Below are positions 44,301 through 55,527 of a stretch of 64,000 bases of DNA, piece after piece. Position 1 is the stretch's first letter. Every line of letters starts with the position of its first letter. A program made the position numbers and the translations under genes. This DNA is from Cladosporium halotolerans (Eukaryota): positions 248,001-312,000 of the forward strand of contig NW_027191470.1 in the NCBI RefSeq assembly GCF_011745625.1, written 5' to 3'. The notes under the pieces were generated by a model. It was not told the origin of the DNA, ran no database searches, and worked only from the letters and a program-made list of their open reading frames with translations.

Positions 44301-47300
44301 ACGCTGCGACGTGGTCTGTCGATGTCGGCGCAATCACTGGTGAATTACAAAGCAAGTTTGTGCATGACCTGGCATTGGCAGGACAGGCACTTGCGTTCAC
44401 TTTCACAGATGGTGAGAACGCTTTGCCAGTTGAGACACCTAACGTTTTCTACGAAGTGACATTTCTTCAATTGAGGACGGACATCTTGAGGGTCTGGATT
44501 CATGCCGGCAGCGATGCGTTTCTACTTTCAACGGATCCAGTCAGCGTTAACTTCAACGACTGGGCAGACAGAAGATTCTCCGAGAGAGTCAGCGTGCTCG
44601 TTCCTAACCTCACAGTTGCGTGCGTTGATGGAAAGAGCGCTTCGCGCCATCGAGTGCGAAAGCATAGCCGCCAGCCCGTCAGGACTTACGCCTACCTTCA
44701 GACGAGTGTCGCTCTGAACGTTGTAGGTCGCAAGGTTCATTCTGAAGAAGAACTGGAGAAACAGCAGGGTTACCTTCACAATAATGACAAGCGTACCGGA
44801 CGGATGCCTTTCCTGCAGCGAAATATCCAACGCCGCCCGAGCTTCGAAAGCGTCAAATCGGCCGATATCAACAATCCTACTGTGCCCTGCCCTTCATTCC
44901 CTCCGCCAATCGACAATGAAGGGAAGCAGCATTCACGCCCGATGTCAATAAAATCAACCGAAACCTACGTTAGTAAGACGTCGCTCAGATCAAAGGCATC
45001 CTCTTCTTCGTTGGCAGCATCAATTCAAGCAGGCGGCAAATTGGCCGTACCAAGAATAGCTGGAGCTCGATCTCGATCTCGAGGATCATCCTCGAGGTCA
45101 GGACGGACTCCTTCATCAAACGCCTCTGGTGAGTCTTCACCTGAGCGGCGAGGCACCCTGCCTAGCGATCGCGAGCGTGCGAAATTCGGTCTCCCGCCCT
45201 CTACGATGGCTTTTTCGAGCTCGTTCGCTGAGCCATATTTTCCGCTCGACTTGGTCGAGCCTGACGTCTCGAACGTCCCCGAATTCGAGTTACCGGGCGA
45301 GGACAAATCACATGCGTCAGAAGATGAGCCTACCATTGAGCTCGAGCAGGATGACAAGTCAAGTCACACGTCAATCATGATCAAGCTAGTCCCAGGCCTT
45401 CGCGCCTACATCGAGCCAAGAGCTGCTCTCGCTGCTGCAAAAGTACTCCGAATTCTTCAGCCCAAAAAGCCTGATGATATCATGGATGCTTACCAAATGA
45501 GTGTCATGAGCACTATCGTCAGTCAACAGCAACAGCAGCATAATGTGGGAACTGTGCTCGAAGTCAAGATTGACGTACCTTCAGCGCCTCTACGTATTTG
45601 CGTGGCACGGAAGCATGAAGAGCCCCCAGATGTGGCTGATGTTTCTCTCAAAGCTCTCACGTTCATGATGCGGCAGAAGAAAGAGCCTTCCAATGAGGGC
45701 CACGATGAGAAGCTTGCTTTCCACCTCGTCCTCTCATCTCTGAGAGCATCTTTGCACGAGGGGATTGAACGAACTGTGAACAGTACGGCGCTGTCGCTTG
45801 GTGTTGATAACGTTACAGCCTGGTGCGCGCTTGCTGCTATTCGGACGTTTCACGTATCGATCAGAGACATTGCAATTCTGACTGCAAGCAAGAAAGCGGC
45901 ATATCTGACAGCAATGGCTCAGCGCCTGACGCCTCTGGTGCAAAACCTGCAAGAGAGCTTTAGCAAGCCGCTCACCGCCTCGCACAAGCGCCTCCAGGTT
46001 CTCATCTATACATTGACTGAGCATGGTGAGCACATTGGCGATCCACCTTTCATGTCGCGTATGACCTACATTCTACGAGCTTATCGAAACCACTACCGCA
46101 ACCAAGAGTCTTGGAAAGTGCTCATGCGCTTCAGGCATACGCTGCAATGCATGCCGAAAGGAGTACTGTTCGAGCTTGAGACTCACTTCAAGGGTGACGA
46201 TATCTCGTGTCCTGCCAACATCGGCGACCAAGTGCTCGAGTCCTGGACAGCATGGCGGAACTGGGACGTGCCGAACATTGGTCGTACAACAGCTTTGCAG
46301 ATGTTGTTTGGTGAACCTGTCGAGAAACCGCTAAAGTCTTCCAGGGAGAGACCGCTCGCTTTGACCTGGGACACGGAGTCTTTGAGGATCGCTGTTGACG
46401 AAGGTGAGGGCGCGAACAAGGTTGTTGTAGAAGACGTCTCTGTGGGCCTGGAAATTTCGCCACCCAAGGTGCCAACTGGACTCATGCTTGTCGACGAGAA
46501 TAAGCGGAAGAAGACCCAATTGCAGATACACGCCGCTGCCATCGCCTTTGGAGTTGATTGGAACATGGTCAATATCATCGAAACGGTGGTGCCAGAGGTG
46601 CACCGGTTGATCCGCACCGCCCAGCCTGAGCAAGAACACCGTAGCCCTTCGCAAGCTCTCGAAGATGGCCTTACTAGGCACGATTTCCATGTGGTCATCT
46701 CGACCGACGCTGGAAGTATCCTCTTGCAAACAATAAATCTTCGCCACCAGTCGCAAGCGAATGGTCTGCGAACGTCGGTAATTGGAACCACACAGGCGAG
46801 TGAAAAGTATGGCGAGTGCATGAGCGTGGTGATACACGCCGAATCAGGGGTTTCCGAGCTACACTCCCAATCGACCTGCATTTGGCAAACCTTGCTCACA
46901 GGCCCGAATATTTACGTCGACTACCTGCAACCCGCAAGAAATGCCGACACGCCACCGACAGTAACGTTGGCACTTGCATATGGTGAACTTCAGATCGACG
47001 TCAAGGAGCAGGTCCCTGGTATTCTTCAGATCGTCGACCACATCGTGAACGATGAAGTCTCGCGAGTGCAAGGCCTCGTCAAGCTGTTGGAAAGTTCGAA
47101 AGTCTCAAAGCCACGAGCTACAGAGGACGCGGTGGCAGTCGCCTCCAAACCCGTCAAATTCCACGCCGCAGTGCTTGCAGGCAGACTGCTGCTGAATGTT
47201 TCGCTCTTGCAAGCCCTCAGTTACCGGTTGGAAGCGACAGCAACAAGAGTCCGCGTAGCTCCCAGCTTAGTGAAGCTTCAAAGCCTCGGTATCGATTTTG

Positions 47301-50300
47301 ACGTTGGCGCACAAAACCATGCTTTCGTCAATCACAGCGGTAACGAAGATCATGAGCAAAGCCTCTTGCAGATACCGCCCATCAACGGGCACGTCGGTCT
47401 CGACCTTGGGCCCAAGGAGACTCGGATTTCGGTAACCACAACCATCAGGAGGATCGAAATAGATGCTGGCACTATCCAAGGTATCGTCACCGTCCTCAAT
47501 AAGAAGGAGGTTCAAGACATTTTGTCCGAGATCAAGTCTGGCGTGGAAGACATCAAGGACAGTGTGGGCGAAGTCCTTCCGGAACCACCTGAGTCGGAGC
47601 CGCAGCAACACTTCAGGCCCGCATCAAACAAGCTATTCGTGTACGACGTTCGCTTTGCGCTTTATGGCATACGAATTTCAGCAAGGACACCGCACCTTGC
47701 TGCGCGTTCTACCGCCGAATTGGAGCTTGGAATCGGGCCACTCCACGCGAAAGCCTCGAACCAGGCGAACATTGATGCCGGCGACGTTTCCTTGTTTCCC
47801 GAAGTCAAAGGCTCCGTTGAGGATGTTGGTGCGAGCCTCACCATTATTGAAGGTCGGACTAGGCGTCAGGTCGGCAATGCTAAGCTCGCTGCCACTCTGG
47901 ACATAACTCTGTGCAAAGATGAGAATGGCGCCTTCATACGTGAGCTTGCTCTGAGAAGTCCCGGGGTCAAAGTCAACGCGTACCCCGAGACCGCGTCGAT
48001 CATCGTGGATGTCGTCAATCACATTCAAGACCGGATCAAAGGACTAGACCTGTCTCGTGAGGTTGAGTACATTCGTCGCCTGCGGGTGCAGAGGAAGCAC
48101 CGTTTAGTCAAGACGATTAGTGGCAGAGAACGAAAGGGAAGTGAAGCCGGAATGCCATTCTCTGCCACTGATCTATTGGCCATGAGAGTGACCCTCGACT
48201 TCAATGACATTCAAGTCGCATGGCTGGTCGATCCTAGCTATGCTCCGAACGCAAAGTCTGAGGTGCAAGACCTGGTCTTATCATTGAGCAAAGTTGAATT
48301 CGCTACGAAAGGTGGACATGAGGCACGACTTACAATCCAAGACCTACAGATGCAGCTCGTGCCCAAAAAGGCAGACAAGATCAAACGCACGCTCAATTCG
48401 GCATTGCTACCGGAAGTCATCTTCAGCGTCGGCTACTGGTCGCAGGAGAAAAATCGCAGTCTGGCGTTCAGAGCGACCGGCAAGGCCCTCGACATTCGCT
48501 TAGAATCCAGATTCATTGTACCCGTCAGCGGCGTGCAAAGATCAATTGAGTCTGCCGTAGAGCGATTCCGGACGGGCACGGCCAACTGGCAGAGCATTCC
48601 AACAACATCGGGCCTGCCGAGAGCGAAGATGCTAGGCAACAATCATTTTGCATCGCTGCTCGTCGAGGCTGATTTTGCGGGAGCTCACGTGTACTTGCAA
48701 GGCTCTGGCCCTGGAGGTCCCGCTTTATCGACAATTGCTGCAGCTTCACAGGAGAAGGCAAAGCGTGGTCGCTACGGACAATTCTCGCCTGATGGAAGCC
48801 TCATCAATACCTCACTCAAGGCGCCAGGCATTGCTCTCAAGCTTGAATACAACGACACGGAAGCCCGCCCAAGCGTCAGCGGAGAGCTACGTGTCGATGC
48901 GTCTAAGAACATGTTACTTCCGAATGTCGTGCCGTTGATTCTCGAGGTCTCTGAAAGTGTCAAGGAGGTTATGCAAAGCCAAGAAAATAGAAGCACTCCT
49001 GCAACTCCAGCAGCACCGGCCGAGAAGACCGATGTCAAGAGTCAGCAGCGCTTCTTCCAGGACGAATCGATTGTCAAGGCTGATCCGACTGCGATATTCG
49101 GCAAGACGAAGGTCAACCTAGGTCTGCGAATTTGCAAGCAGGAGTTCGGTTTGACCTGCCAGCCTATTGCCAAAGTGGACGCCACAGCGCAGTTGGAAGA
49201 TTTCTACTTCACGGTCAACACTCTAGACAGCGAAGAACAAGGCCACTTTTTCGCCATGTCTGCCGTTCTGACGAAGCTCAACACTCGCGTAAAACACGTC
49301 TACTCCCGCGAACCAACGTTCAGCTTCGACATGGATTCTATTGTCATGTCGCTGATGAACAGCAAGCACTTCAGTGGGGTCAATGGAATTTCTGCGATCC
49401 TGAAAATCAATCCAACCAAGACGTTGATCAACGCCAAGCAGCTACAGGATCTCCTACTCTTCCGGGAGATTTGGATGCCTCCCGAGATACGAAATTCACA
49501 GCCTTCAGGACAACCCTCGCAGAGTACTTCGTCGGACGACTACCTGGTCCAGCGCTACCAGAATGTAGCTGCGGCTGCGGCGTTTCCCTGGAATGCCACT
49601 GTTTCCATCGCCGAGCTCGGAGTCGAACTTGACCTGGGTCAGAGCATTGGCAAATCATCGTTCACCATCCTCAATCTCTGGGCCTCTTCGCAGAAGACGT
49701 CCAACTGGGAGCAGAACCTTTGCATCGGCATAGATGATGTAGCCGCGAACAGTCACGGGAGGATGAGTGGATTTATTCAGCTGAACAAGTTTGGCGTGCG
49801 AACCTCGATTTGCTGGCCTCAGGAATCCCAAGGATCCCGCAAGACGCCGCTCATCCAAGCGTCCATCGGCTTCCAGCGATTGCGTGCGAAGGCGGCTTTC
49901 GACTACCAGGCCTTCGCTTTTGGAGACATCAAGGGCTTCGATTTCCTCATGTACAATGTCCGCGACCCCAGGGCTGAACACCGAGATCGACTGGTCGCTG
50001 TGCTCGATTGCGCTAAAGCCTATGTGTTCTGCACTTCCACCAGTCCCGCGCAGGCTTACGGATTGTACCAAGCTTTCGATCGTCTCATTCAAGAAAAGCA
50101 GAACGCTTTCGAACAGTCACTCAAGGACATCGAGAAACAGCTGCGGCGCGACAGCACGGCATCAAGCAGCCGATCTGCACCGCCGCAAACCACAAGGCCA
50201 ACGTCCACGCTCGCACGAGCGGCGTCCAGAACACCATTTGCGCTACACACAGATGTGGTGGTCACGGTCGGCGAGATCAGCGTGGGTGCGTTCCCCGGCA

Positions 50301-51076
50301 CATTCTTCGATAGCCAGATCCTCAAATTCGAAGCGACAAACATTCAAGCGCGCTTCGCCGTCGGCCTGGAGGACGGCAGGATTCACAGCGGCCTGGGCAT
50401 GACGCTCGGCCAGCTACAGGTCGCGCTCGGGTCCGTGAAGCGCGTCACGGTGCCCAAGACGCTGGGCGACATCACGGTGGACGAGGTGATCAGCAGCGCG
50501 GTCAACTCGCGCGGCGGCACGATCCTGCGCGTGCCCAAGGTGGTGGCGTCGATGCAGACCTGGCAGGCCCCGGACTCCAACCAGGTCGAGTTCGTCTTCA
50601 AGTCGCTGTTCGAGGGCAAGATCGACGTCGGCTGGAACCTGAGCCGCATCAACTTCATCAAGGGCATGTACGTCTCGCACACGCGCGCGCTGGCCTCCAG
50701 GCTCGGCAAGCCGCTGCCGCAGCAGTCCGCGGTCAAGATCACCGCCGGCCCGCAGCAGGACACCGCCGCTGCGGAGGCGGAGCAGGAGGCGCCCAAGGAT
50801 TCGGTCAAGCCGCCTGGGAGCGATGATCGAGAGCAGCAGAAGATCACGGCGGAGGTCAACCTGCCACAGTCACGGTATGAATACACGGCGCTCGAGCCGC
50901 CGGTCATCGAGACACCGCAGCTGCGCGACATGGGCGAGGCGACGCCGCCGCTGGAGTGGATTGGCTTGCATCGCGACAGGCTGCCGAACGTGACGCACCA
51001 GATTGTGATTGTGAGTCTGCTCGAGGTTGCGAAGGAGGTGGAGGATGCTTACGGGAGGATTCTGGGGAGTTCGTGA
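41318..51076 (+). CDS. CSF1: Csf1 bridge-like lipid transfer protein (BLTP1/KIAA1109 family), 3252 aa, intronless
   Basis: N-terminal TM followed by FYFNRLFA, ISLLGGRLFFK, YGPWADRQR; C-terminal PQLRDMGEATPPLEWIGLHRDRLPNVTHQ. Confidence 0.93.
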   Translation: MADLTASPLGPSGGFNWVFLVDLLVCAVLALFFLFYFNRLFATVVSYGIRAWTWHKYRAYIDISALQISLLGGRLFFKSIRYHAHNETVLVHDGHITWRYWLRAVQEAEIFQELENDKLQKERSSSMSGDGQSESSGSEKTRDRSRSVGKAEAGGKPKKEQPCRISVKVSGVEAFLYNRSPAYDMIVEAARKQTGRSGSSKNASEKPDGPPASSGSDSSNIPEDNKEKSDLRKMDTTATSASDERRQAPEPPSFLRMLPIRIDCKKAAAAVGNENTTSIITAKLDNAGGTFDAGKAGSLDIFKLLMKFEFKNVKVAMKPNKDFKQLQLDAAKRIVRERELTDKPIERPTFHPFEGFKSPFEGFAKFFRRRRRNKGSIRTASITSDVQDAPTAATQDPIPGQAQWHGLMRYLDDNDEEVNEWQDVEYAKASTLVDVEQIGMRFYWDIPGKVPDSSAEHDRLLQSDQEDHMNGSKPPDYGLDFAVHGGFIVYGPWADRQRINLQNVFFPASYVDAIPSQPLKPGTDRVSTIFKIFISIEKDVTLRIPTREPSKDSKWHGRANRNKPDAEQDTSGGKGRHGKKSKHGRRRKAKKSAPADARPYAWLDIKVKADTTVNYVMDMFARQNGYRNSLDLEVKGTEITSSVNHGLLWRAGALNMEADLSYPIAWNTLRDWPFKLTCDDLELFILRDHMFLITDLVNDWSSGPPPDFYTFVPYKYGMDLNFRNWKMFLNTNDANIINDPAEFDKNEFLTLEGQDLKAVLDIPLRNFRPKVNDISFDVLSLGMSMRMLNSPRNTLKTLLPEKQVAELPKLTLVGSFSANQESAAGLCDVLRMDLVGYGLSLKAYGFLVRHFINVKENYFGDYVHFKTLEEFQDAGHDLKESNEMTISLPKPQTANEMDVILCIAAEEATVMFPTNLYQAEEFVRVDVQHAAIDLRLTSYYMDLAINFSPINCLLGASSGDSDSPDDNVSNTQLYIHHVDLNGHRAFGLPPNEPAYAATWSVDVGAITGELQSKFVHDLALAGQALAFTFTDGENALPVETPNVFYEVTFLQLRTDILRVWIHAGSDAFLLSTDPVSVNFNDWADRRFSERVSVLVPNLTVACVDGKSASRHRVRKHSRQPVRTYAYLQTSVALNVVGRKVHSEEELEKQQGYLHNNDKRTGRMPFLQRNIQRRPSFESVKSADINNPTVPCPSFPPPIDNEGKQHSRPMSIKSTETYVSKTSLRSKASSSSLAASIQAGGKLAVPRIAGARSRSRGSSSRSGRTPSSNASGESSPERRGTLPSDRERAKFGLPPSTMAFSSSFAEPYFPLDLVEPDVSNVPEFELPGEDKSHASEDEPTIELEQDDKSSHTSIMIKLVPGLRAYIEPRAALAAAKVLRILQPKKPDDIMDAYQMSVMSTIVSQQQQQHNVGTVLEVKIDVPSAPLRICVARKHEEPPDVADVSLKALTFMMRQKKEPSNEGHDEKLAFHLVLSSLRASLHEGIERTVNSTALSLGVDNVTAWCALAAIRTFHVSIRDIAILTASKKAAYLTAMAQRLTPLVQNLQESFSKPLTASHKRLQVLIYTLTEHGEHIGDPPFMSRMTYILRAYRNHYRNQESWKVLMRFRHTLQCMPKGVLFELETHFKGDDISCPANIGDQVLESWTAWRNWDVPNIGRTTALQMLFGEPVEKPLKSSRERPLALTWDTESLRIAVDEGEGANKVVVEDVSVGLEISPPKVPTGLMLVDENKRKKTQLQIHAAAIAFGVDWNMVNIIETVVPEVHRLIRTAQPEQEHRSPSQALEDGLTRHDFHVVISTDAGSILLQTINLRHQSQANGLRTSVIGTTQASEKYGECMSVVIHAESGVSELHSQSTCIWQTLLTGPNIYVDYLQPARNADTPPTVTLALAYGELQIDVKEQVPGILQIVDHIVNDEVSRVQGLVKLLESSKVSKPRATEDAVAVASKPVKFHAAVLAGRLLLNVSLLQALSYRLEATATRVRVAPSLVKLQSLGIDFDVGAQNHAFVNHSGNEDHEQSLLQIPPINGHVGLDLGPKETRISVTTTIRRIEIDAGTIQGIVTVLNKKEVQDILSEIKSGVEDIKDSVGEVLPEPPESEPQQHFRPASNKLFVYDVRFALYGIRISARTPHLAARSTAELELGIGPLHAKASNQANIDAGDVSLFPEVKGSVEDVGASLTIIEGRTRRQVGNAKLAATLDITLCKDENGAFIRELALRSPGVKVNAYPETASIIVDVVNHIQDRIKGLDLSREVEYIRRLRVQRKHRLVKTISGRERKGSEAGMPFSATDLLAMRVTLDFNDIQVAWLVDPSYAPNAKSEVQDLVLSLSKVEFATKGGHEARLTIQDLQMQLVPKKADKIKRTLNSALLPEVIFSVGYWSQEKNRSLAFRATGKALDIRLESRFIVPVSGVQRSIESAVERFRTGTANWQSIPTTSGLPRAKMLGNNHFASLLVEADFAGAHVYLQGSGPGGPALSTIAAASQEKAKRGRYGQFSPDGSLINTSLKAPGIALKLEYNDTEARPSVSGELRVDASKNMLLPNVVPLILEVSESVKEVMQSQENRSTPATPAAPAEKTDVKSQQRFFQDESIVKADPTAIFGKTKVNLGLRICKQEFGLTCQPIAKVDATAQLEDFYFTVNTLDSEEQGHFFAMSAVLTKLNTRVKHVYSREPTFSFDMDSIVMSLMNSKHFSGVNGISAILKINPTKTLINAKQLQDLLLFREIWMPPEIRNSQPSGQPSQSTSSDDYLVQRYQNVAAAAAFPWNATVSIAELGVELDLGQSIGKSSFTILNLWASSQKTSNWEQNLCIGIDDVAANSHGRMSGFIQLNKFGVRTSICWPQESQGSRKTPLIQASIGFQRLRAKAAFDYQAFAFGDIKGFDFLMYNVRDPRAEHRDRLVAVLDCAKAYVFCTSTSPAQAYGLYQAFDRLIQEKQNAFEQSLKDIEKQLRRDSTASSSRSAPPQTTRPTSTLARAASRTPFALHTDVVVTVGEISVGAFPGTFFDSQILKFEATNIQARFAVGLEDGRIHSGLGMTLGQLQVALGSVKRVTVPKTLGDITVDEVISSAVNSRGGTILRVPKVVASMQTWQAPDSNQVEFVFKSLFEGKIDVGWNLSRINFIKGMYVSHTRALASRLGKPLPQQSAVKITAGPQQDTAAAEAEQEAPKDSVKPPGSDDREQQKITAEVNLPQSRYEYTALEPPVIETPQLRDMGEATPPLEWIGLHRDRLPNVTHQIVIVSLLEVAKEVEDAYGRILGSS

Positions 51077-52003
51077 GGGCACTCGTTTACATTTTTATTT
51101 TCTTTTGTGCCGCGTTCCAAGCGAGGCGTTTGGTTGCTGCAGGTGTGAAGACTGCTGCATGGAATGGTGCTCTACTTTGTACACATGTGGACATACGGGC
51201 ACGTGTTTACTGCGATATTTCCCATAATAATCACCGTTCAAGCTATCGGCTACCTGGGCTCTGCAGACACGCTGCATGCGGATCCTGGCCTGGCCGCCGC
51301 ACCACGCAATCCGCGTTCCCCAACCATGCCCGGCCAGCCACTCTCGGCTGCTGTCGCTGCCCACCGCTATGTGGGGGCCTCTCGCTGCTGTCGCCACTCG
51401 CCTGGGGCCCGGAGATATCGGGCGGCGGCAGCGTCGAGTGGTGTCTCCAGTAGGTACCTTGTTAGGTGTATGCGGTGCCTCAGGCGGGCAGGTCTGACTG
51501 GTAGATACCAAAACGGCCACCTCACTTACCGCCCTCGCCGATGAGGTCGTGATGAAGCAAGCAGCGCTGTGAGTCACGGGAACGGGCGCCGAATCGAAGA
51601 TCCCCAAGAGGGGCCATGATTACATCGTCCGCCCGCCGCTGAGCGCTAACGCGGGCAGGCGGGCGCAGGAAAGAAAAACGAGGTGGGCAGCAGCCAGCAC
51701 GGGCCAGCCTAAGCGGGGCACGATTTTGCTCGCCGCACAGCAGCGCCCAAAACCTTCACCTGGAACCTCACTCGCCCATCCCTCCGCCAGACCATCCATA
51801 ACGCCTTTGACAGGTGCGCCGCCCCATCCCTCCCTGCCGCCGCCATCACCCAGCACCCCCTCTGACATCCTCACTGCAGGCAGGCAAACCCAAGCGGTCC
51901 ATTAGTGCTCATACCGAGCGCTGCAAGCGGGGCATTTCACAGCCTCTAGGACAAGAGTCCGAAAAACTTTTCCCACAACCAACAACCCACAAACACCGCC
52001 AAG

Positions 52004-54720
52004 ATGGTCAAGTAAGTCGACGTCGAACCGCCGAGGGTGCTGTCCGCGGCGAGAAAGAGCGCAGAGGACAGCTCCGGGCGCCCCGGAATGTGGTGGAGGG
52101 CGAGACGGGCGAGCAGAGCAGCCAGCTGACAAGATGCGCCCAACAGCTTCACCGTCGAGGAGATCCGTGGTCTCATGGACAACCCCAAGAACATCCGTAA
52201 CATGTCCGTCATTGCTCACGTCGACCACGGAAAGTCCACCCTTACCGACTCGCTCGTCCAGCGTGCCGGTATCATCTCCGCCAAGAACGCCGGTTCTGCG
52301 CGTTTCACCGACACCCGTGCCGACGAGCAGGAGCGTGGTGTGACCATCAAGTCCACTGCCATCTCCCTCTACGCTCACCTCGAGGACGAGGAGGACCTCA
52401 AGGACATCCCCATTCCCACCGAGAAGAACGAGTTCCTGGTCAACTTGATCGACTCGCCTGGTCACGTTGACTTCTCTTCCGAGGTCACTGCTGCCCTCCG
52501 TGTCACCGACGGTGCTCTCGTCGTCGTCGACACCATTGAGGGTGTCTGCGTTCAGACCGAGACTGTGCTCCGCCAGGCTCTCGGTGAGCGTATCAAGCCC
52601 GTCCTTGTCATCAACAAGGTCGACCGTGCCCTTCTCGAGCTCCAGCTCGGCAAGGAGGACCTTTACCAGAACTTCTCTCGTGCCATCGAGTCCGTCAACG
52701 TCGTCATTGCCACCTACTTCGACAAGGTCCTCGGTGATGTCCAGGTCTACCCCGAGAAGGGTACCGTTGCCTTCGGTTCCGGTCTTCACGGCTGGGCCTT
52801 CACCATCCGCCAGTTCGCCGTCAAGTACGCCAAGAAGTTCGGTGTTGACAAGAACAAGATGATGGAGCGTCTCTGGGTAAGCATCTCCTATTTTCCGTCA
52901 AGTGGCCGCAGAATGTCCGCTAATAAGCATTGTAGGGTGACAGCTTCTTCAACCCCAAGACCAAGAAGTGGACCAAGTCCTCTGACGACGGTGTTGAGCG
53001 TGCCTTCAACCAGTTCTGTCTTGAGCCCATCTTCAAGATCTTCGACGTTGTCATGAAGGGCAAGAAGGAGGCCGCCCACGGCCTTCTCGAGAAGCTTGAC
53101 ATCAAGCTTGTTGGTGAGGAGAAGGAGCTCGAGGGCAAGCCCCTCCTCAAGGTCGTCATGCGCAAGTTCCTGCCTGCCGCCGACGCCCTCCTCGAGATGA
53201 TGGTTATCCACCTGCCGTCTCCCGTCACTGCCCAGAAGTACCGTGTTGAGACTCTCTACGAGGGTCCTCAGGACGATGCCTCTGCCATCGGTATCCGTGA
53301 CTGCGACCCCAAGGGTCCCCTCATGGTCTACGTCTCGAAGATGGTGCCGACCTCTGACAAGGGCCGTTTCTACGCTTTCGGTCGTGTCTTCTCTGGTACC
53401 GCCAAGTCTGGTATCAAGGTCCGCATCCAGGGCCCCAACTACCAGCCCGGCAAGAAGGACGACATGTTCCTCAAGTCCATCCAGCGCACTATTCTCATGA
53501 TGGGTCGTTACACTGACCCCATCGAGGATGTGCCCGCCGGTAACATCCTTGGTCTGGTCGGTATTGACCAGTTCCTGCTCAAGTCTGGTACCCTCACCAC
53601 CGACGAGACCGCCCACAACATGAAGGTCATGAAGTTCTCCGTCTCCCCCGTCGTGCAGCGCTCCGTCGAGGTCAAGAACGCCAACGACCTGCCCAAGCTC
53701 GTCGAAGGTCTCAAGCGTCTGTCCAAGTCCGACCCTTGCGTCCTTACCTACATCACCGAGTCTGGTGAGCACGTCGTCGCTGGTGCTGGTGAGCTCCACC
53801 TTGAGATCTGCTTGAAGGATCTCGAGGAGGACCACGCCGGTATTCCCCTCCGCATCTCCGACCCCGTCGTCCAGTACCGTGAGTCCGTTGAGGGCGAGTC
53901 CAGCATGACCGCTCTCTCCAAGTCTCCCAACAAGCACAACCGTATCTACCTGACCGCCGCTCCCCTCTCTGAGGAGGTCTCCAAGGACATCGAGTCCGGC
54001 AAGATCGGCCCGCGTGACGACTTCAAGGCCCGCGCCCGTATCCTCGCTGACGAGCACGGCTGGGACGTCACTGACGCCCGTAAGATTTGGTGCTTCGGTC
54101 CCGACACCAACGGTGCCAACTTGCTCGTTGACCAGACCAAGGCCGTCCAGTACCTGAACGAGATCAAGGACTCCGTCGTCTCTGGTTTCCAGTGGGCCAC
54201 CAAGGAGGGTCCCGTTGCCGAGGAGCCCATGCGCTCCGTCCGCTTCAACATCATGGATGTCACCCTCCACGCCGATGCCATCCACCGTGGTGGTGGACAG
54301 ATCATCCCCACTGCCCGCCGCGTCCTGTACGCCGCCACCCTCCTCGCCAACCCCGGTCTCCTCGAGCCCGTCTTCCTTGTCGAGATCCAGGTCCCCGAGA
54401 ACGCCATGGGTGGTATCTACGGTGTCCTCACCCGCCGTCGTGGTCACGTCTTCGAGGAGAACCAGCGTCTGGGTACTCCTCTGTTCTCCGTCAAGGCCTA
54501 CCTGCCCGTCAACGAGTCCTTCGGTTTCAACGCCGACCTCCGCGCCGCCACCTCTGGCCAGGCTTTCCCCACCATGGTCTTCGACCACTGGCAGATCCTC
54601 CAGGGTGGTTCCGTCCTCGACAAGACCTCGATGACCGGCAAGATCGTCGAGACCATGCGTATCCGCAAGGGTCTCAAGCCCGACGTTCCCGGCTACGAGA
54701 ACTACTACGACAAGCTCTAA
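52004..54720 (+). CDS. EFT2: Translation elongation factor 2; 3 exons (introns 52012-52146, 52877-52935)
   Basis: [38 protein letters not shown], diphthamide loop [15 protein letters not shown]-terminal NYYDKL; strong codon bias. Confidence 0.98.
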
Positions 54721-55527
54721 GCTTGTGCGTAGTAAGCATGATGGAATGGCGGCAAACGGTCACAAAAGTTTCGAGCACAGATGGATGCCACACGTCGCTG
54801 CCGCCGCCGCTCCCCTAATCGGGGTCTGGCAGCGGACAGCGCAATTTCTCTCTATAGTTGGCAGATAGACCGCCACGCGATGCAATGATTGACACGATCA
54901 TAAGGGGGACGGTTTTTTTCTAGAAAAAGAAATAAGACGAAATGACAAGAGTGGAATGGTTCTTTCCTTTGTATGCTTTTGGTTTGTGACATCTTGTCTC
55001 GATTTCAATCGTTTTGCATTCATTAGATGGGTATGCTTCGATTTTCCCTTGGTATACTTGCGTGATTCTGATGTTTATTGTGTCCACGCTCAGGCTCAGG
55101 TCGATTGTCCCGTCACCACAGTGCCGGCGCTCAGTGGGCCTGCACCTCAGGTGTTTTTGATGTTTGCAAAGATGAGATAATGCTCCAGAAAATTATAGAT
55201 GCCCTTGCAATAGCTGAATAATGGAGACAGGATATTTTATCTGCCATGAACGGGGCCGTTGATTCGCCGGCGTGTGTGAAGGCACCACCTGACGCGGCGG
55301 GCGTGTGATGCTCCAGTTTGGATGGACCCTGTGATGTTGCAGCAAGCAAGCCTGCAGCTTGCGAGAAACAGCATCATCGCGAATTGCGCTGCCTGGAAGC
55401 CACGCCACGATCTTAAGCCGGTCTCTCGATTGCTGAAGTACACATTCGTCGCTGTACAGACAGGGCTGCGGAATCTGCGAAGATGCAGTAAAGCACAAGA
55501 GCTTGGAAAATACACGCGCTTTAGGCC

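Noticed and set aside
51902..54588. Long antisense ORFs (295 and 566 aa) opposite EF-2
   Set aside because: Expected artefact of strong C-ending codon bias in a highly expressed gene.
54794..54837. GC-rich hairpin in the EF-2 3' UTR as a regulatory element
   Set aside because: Imperfect stem in GC-rich sequence; without conservation data it cannot be distinguished from chance.
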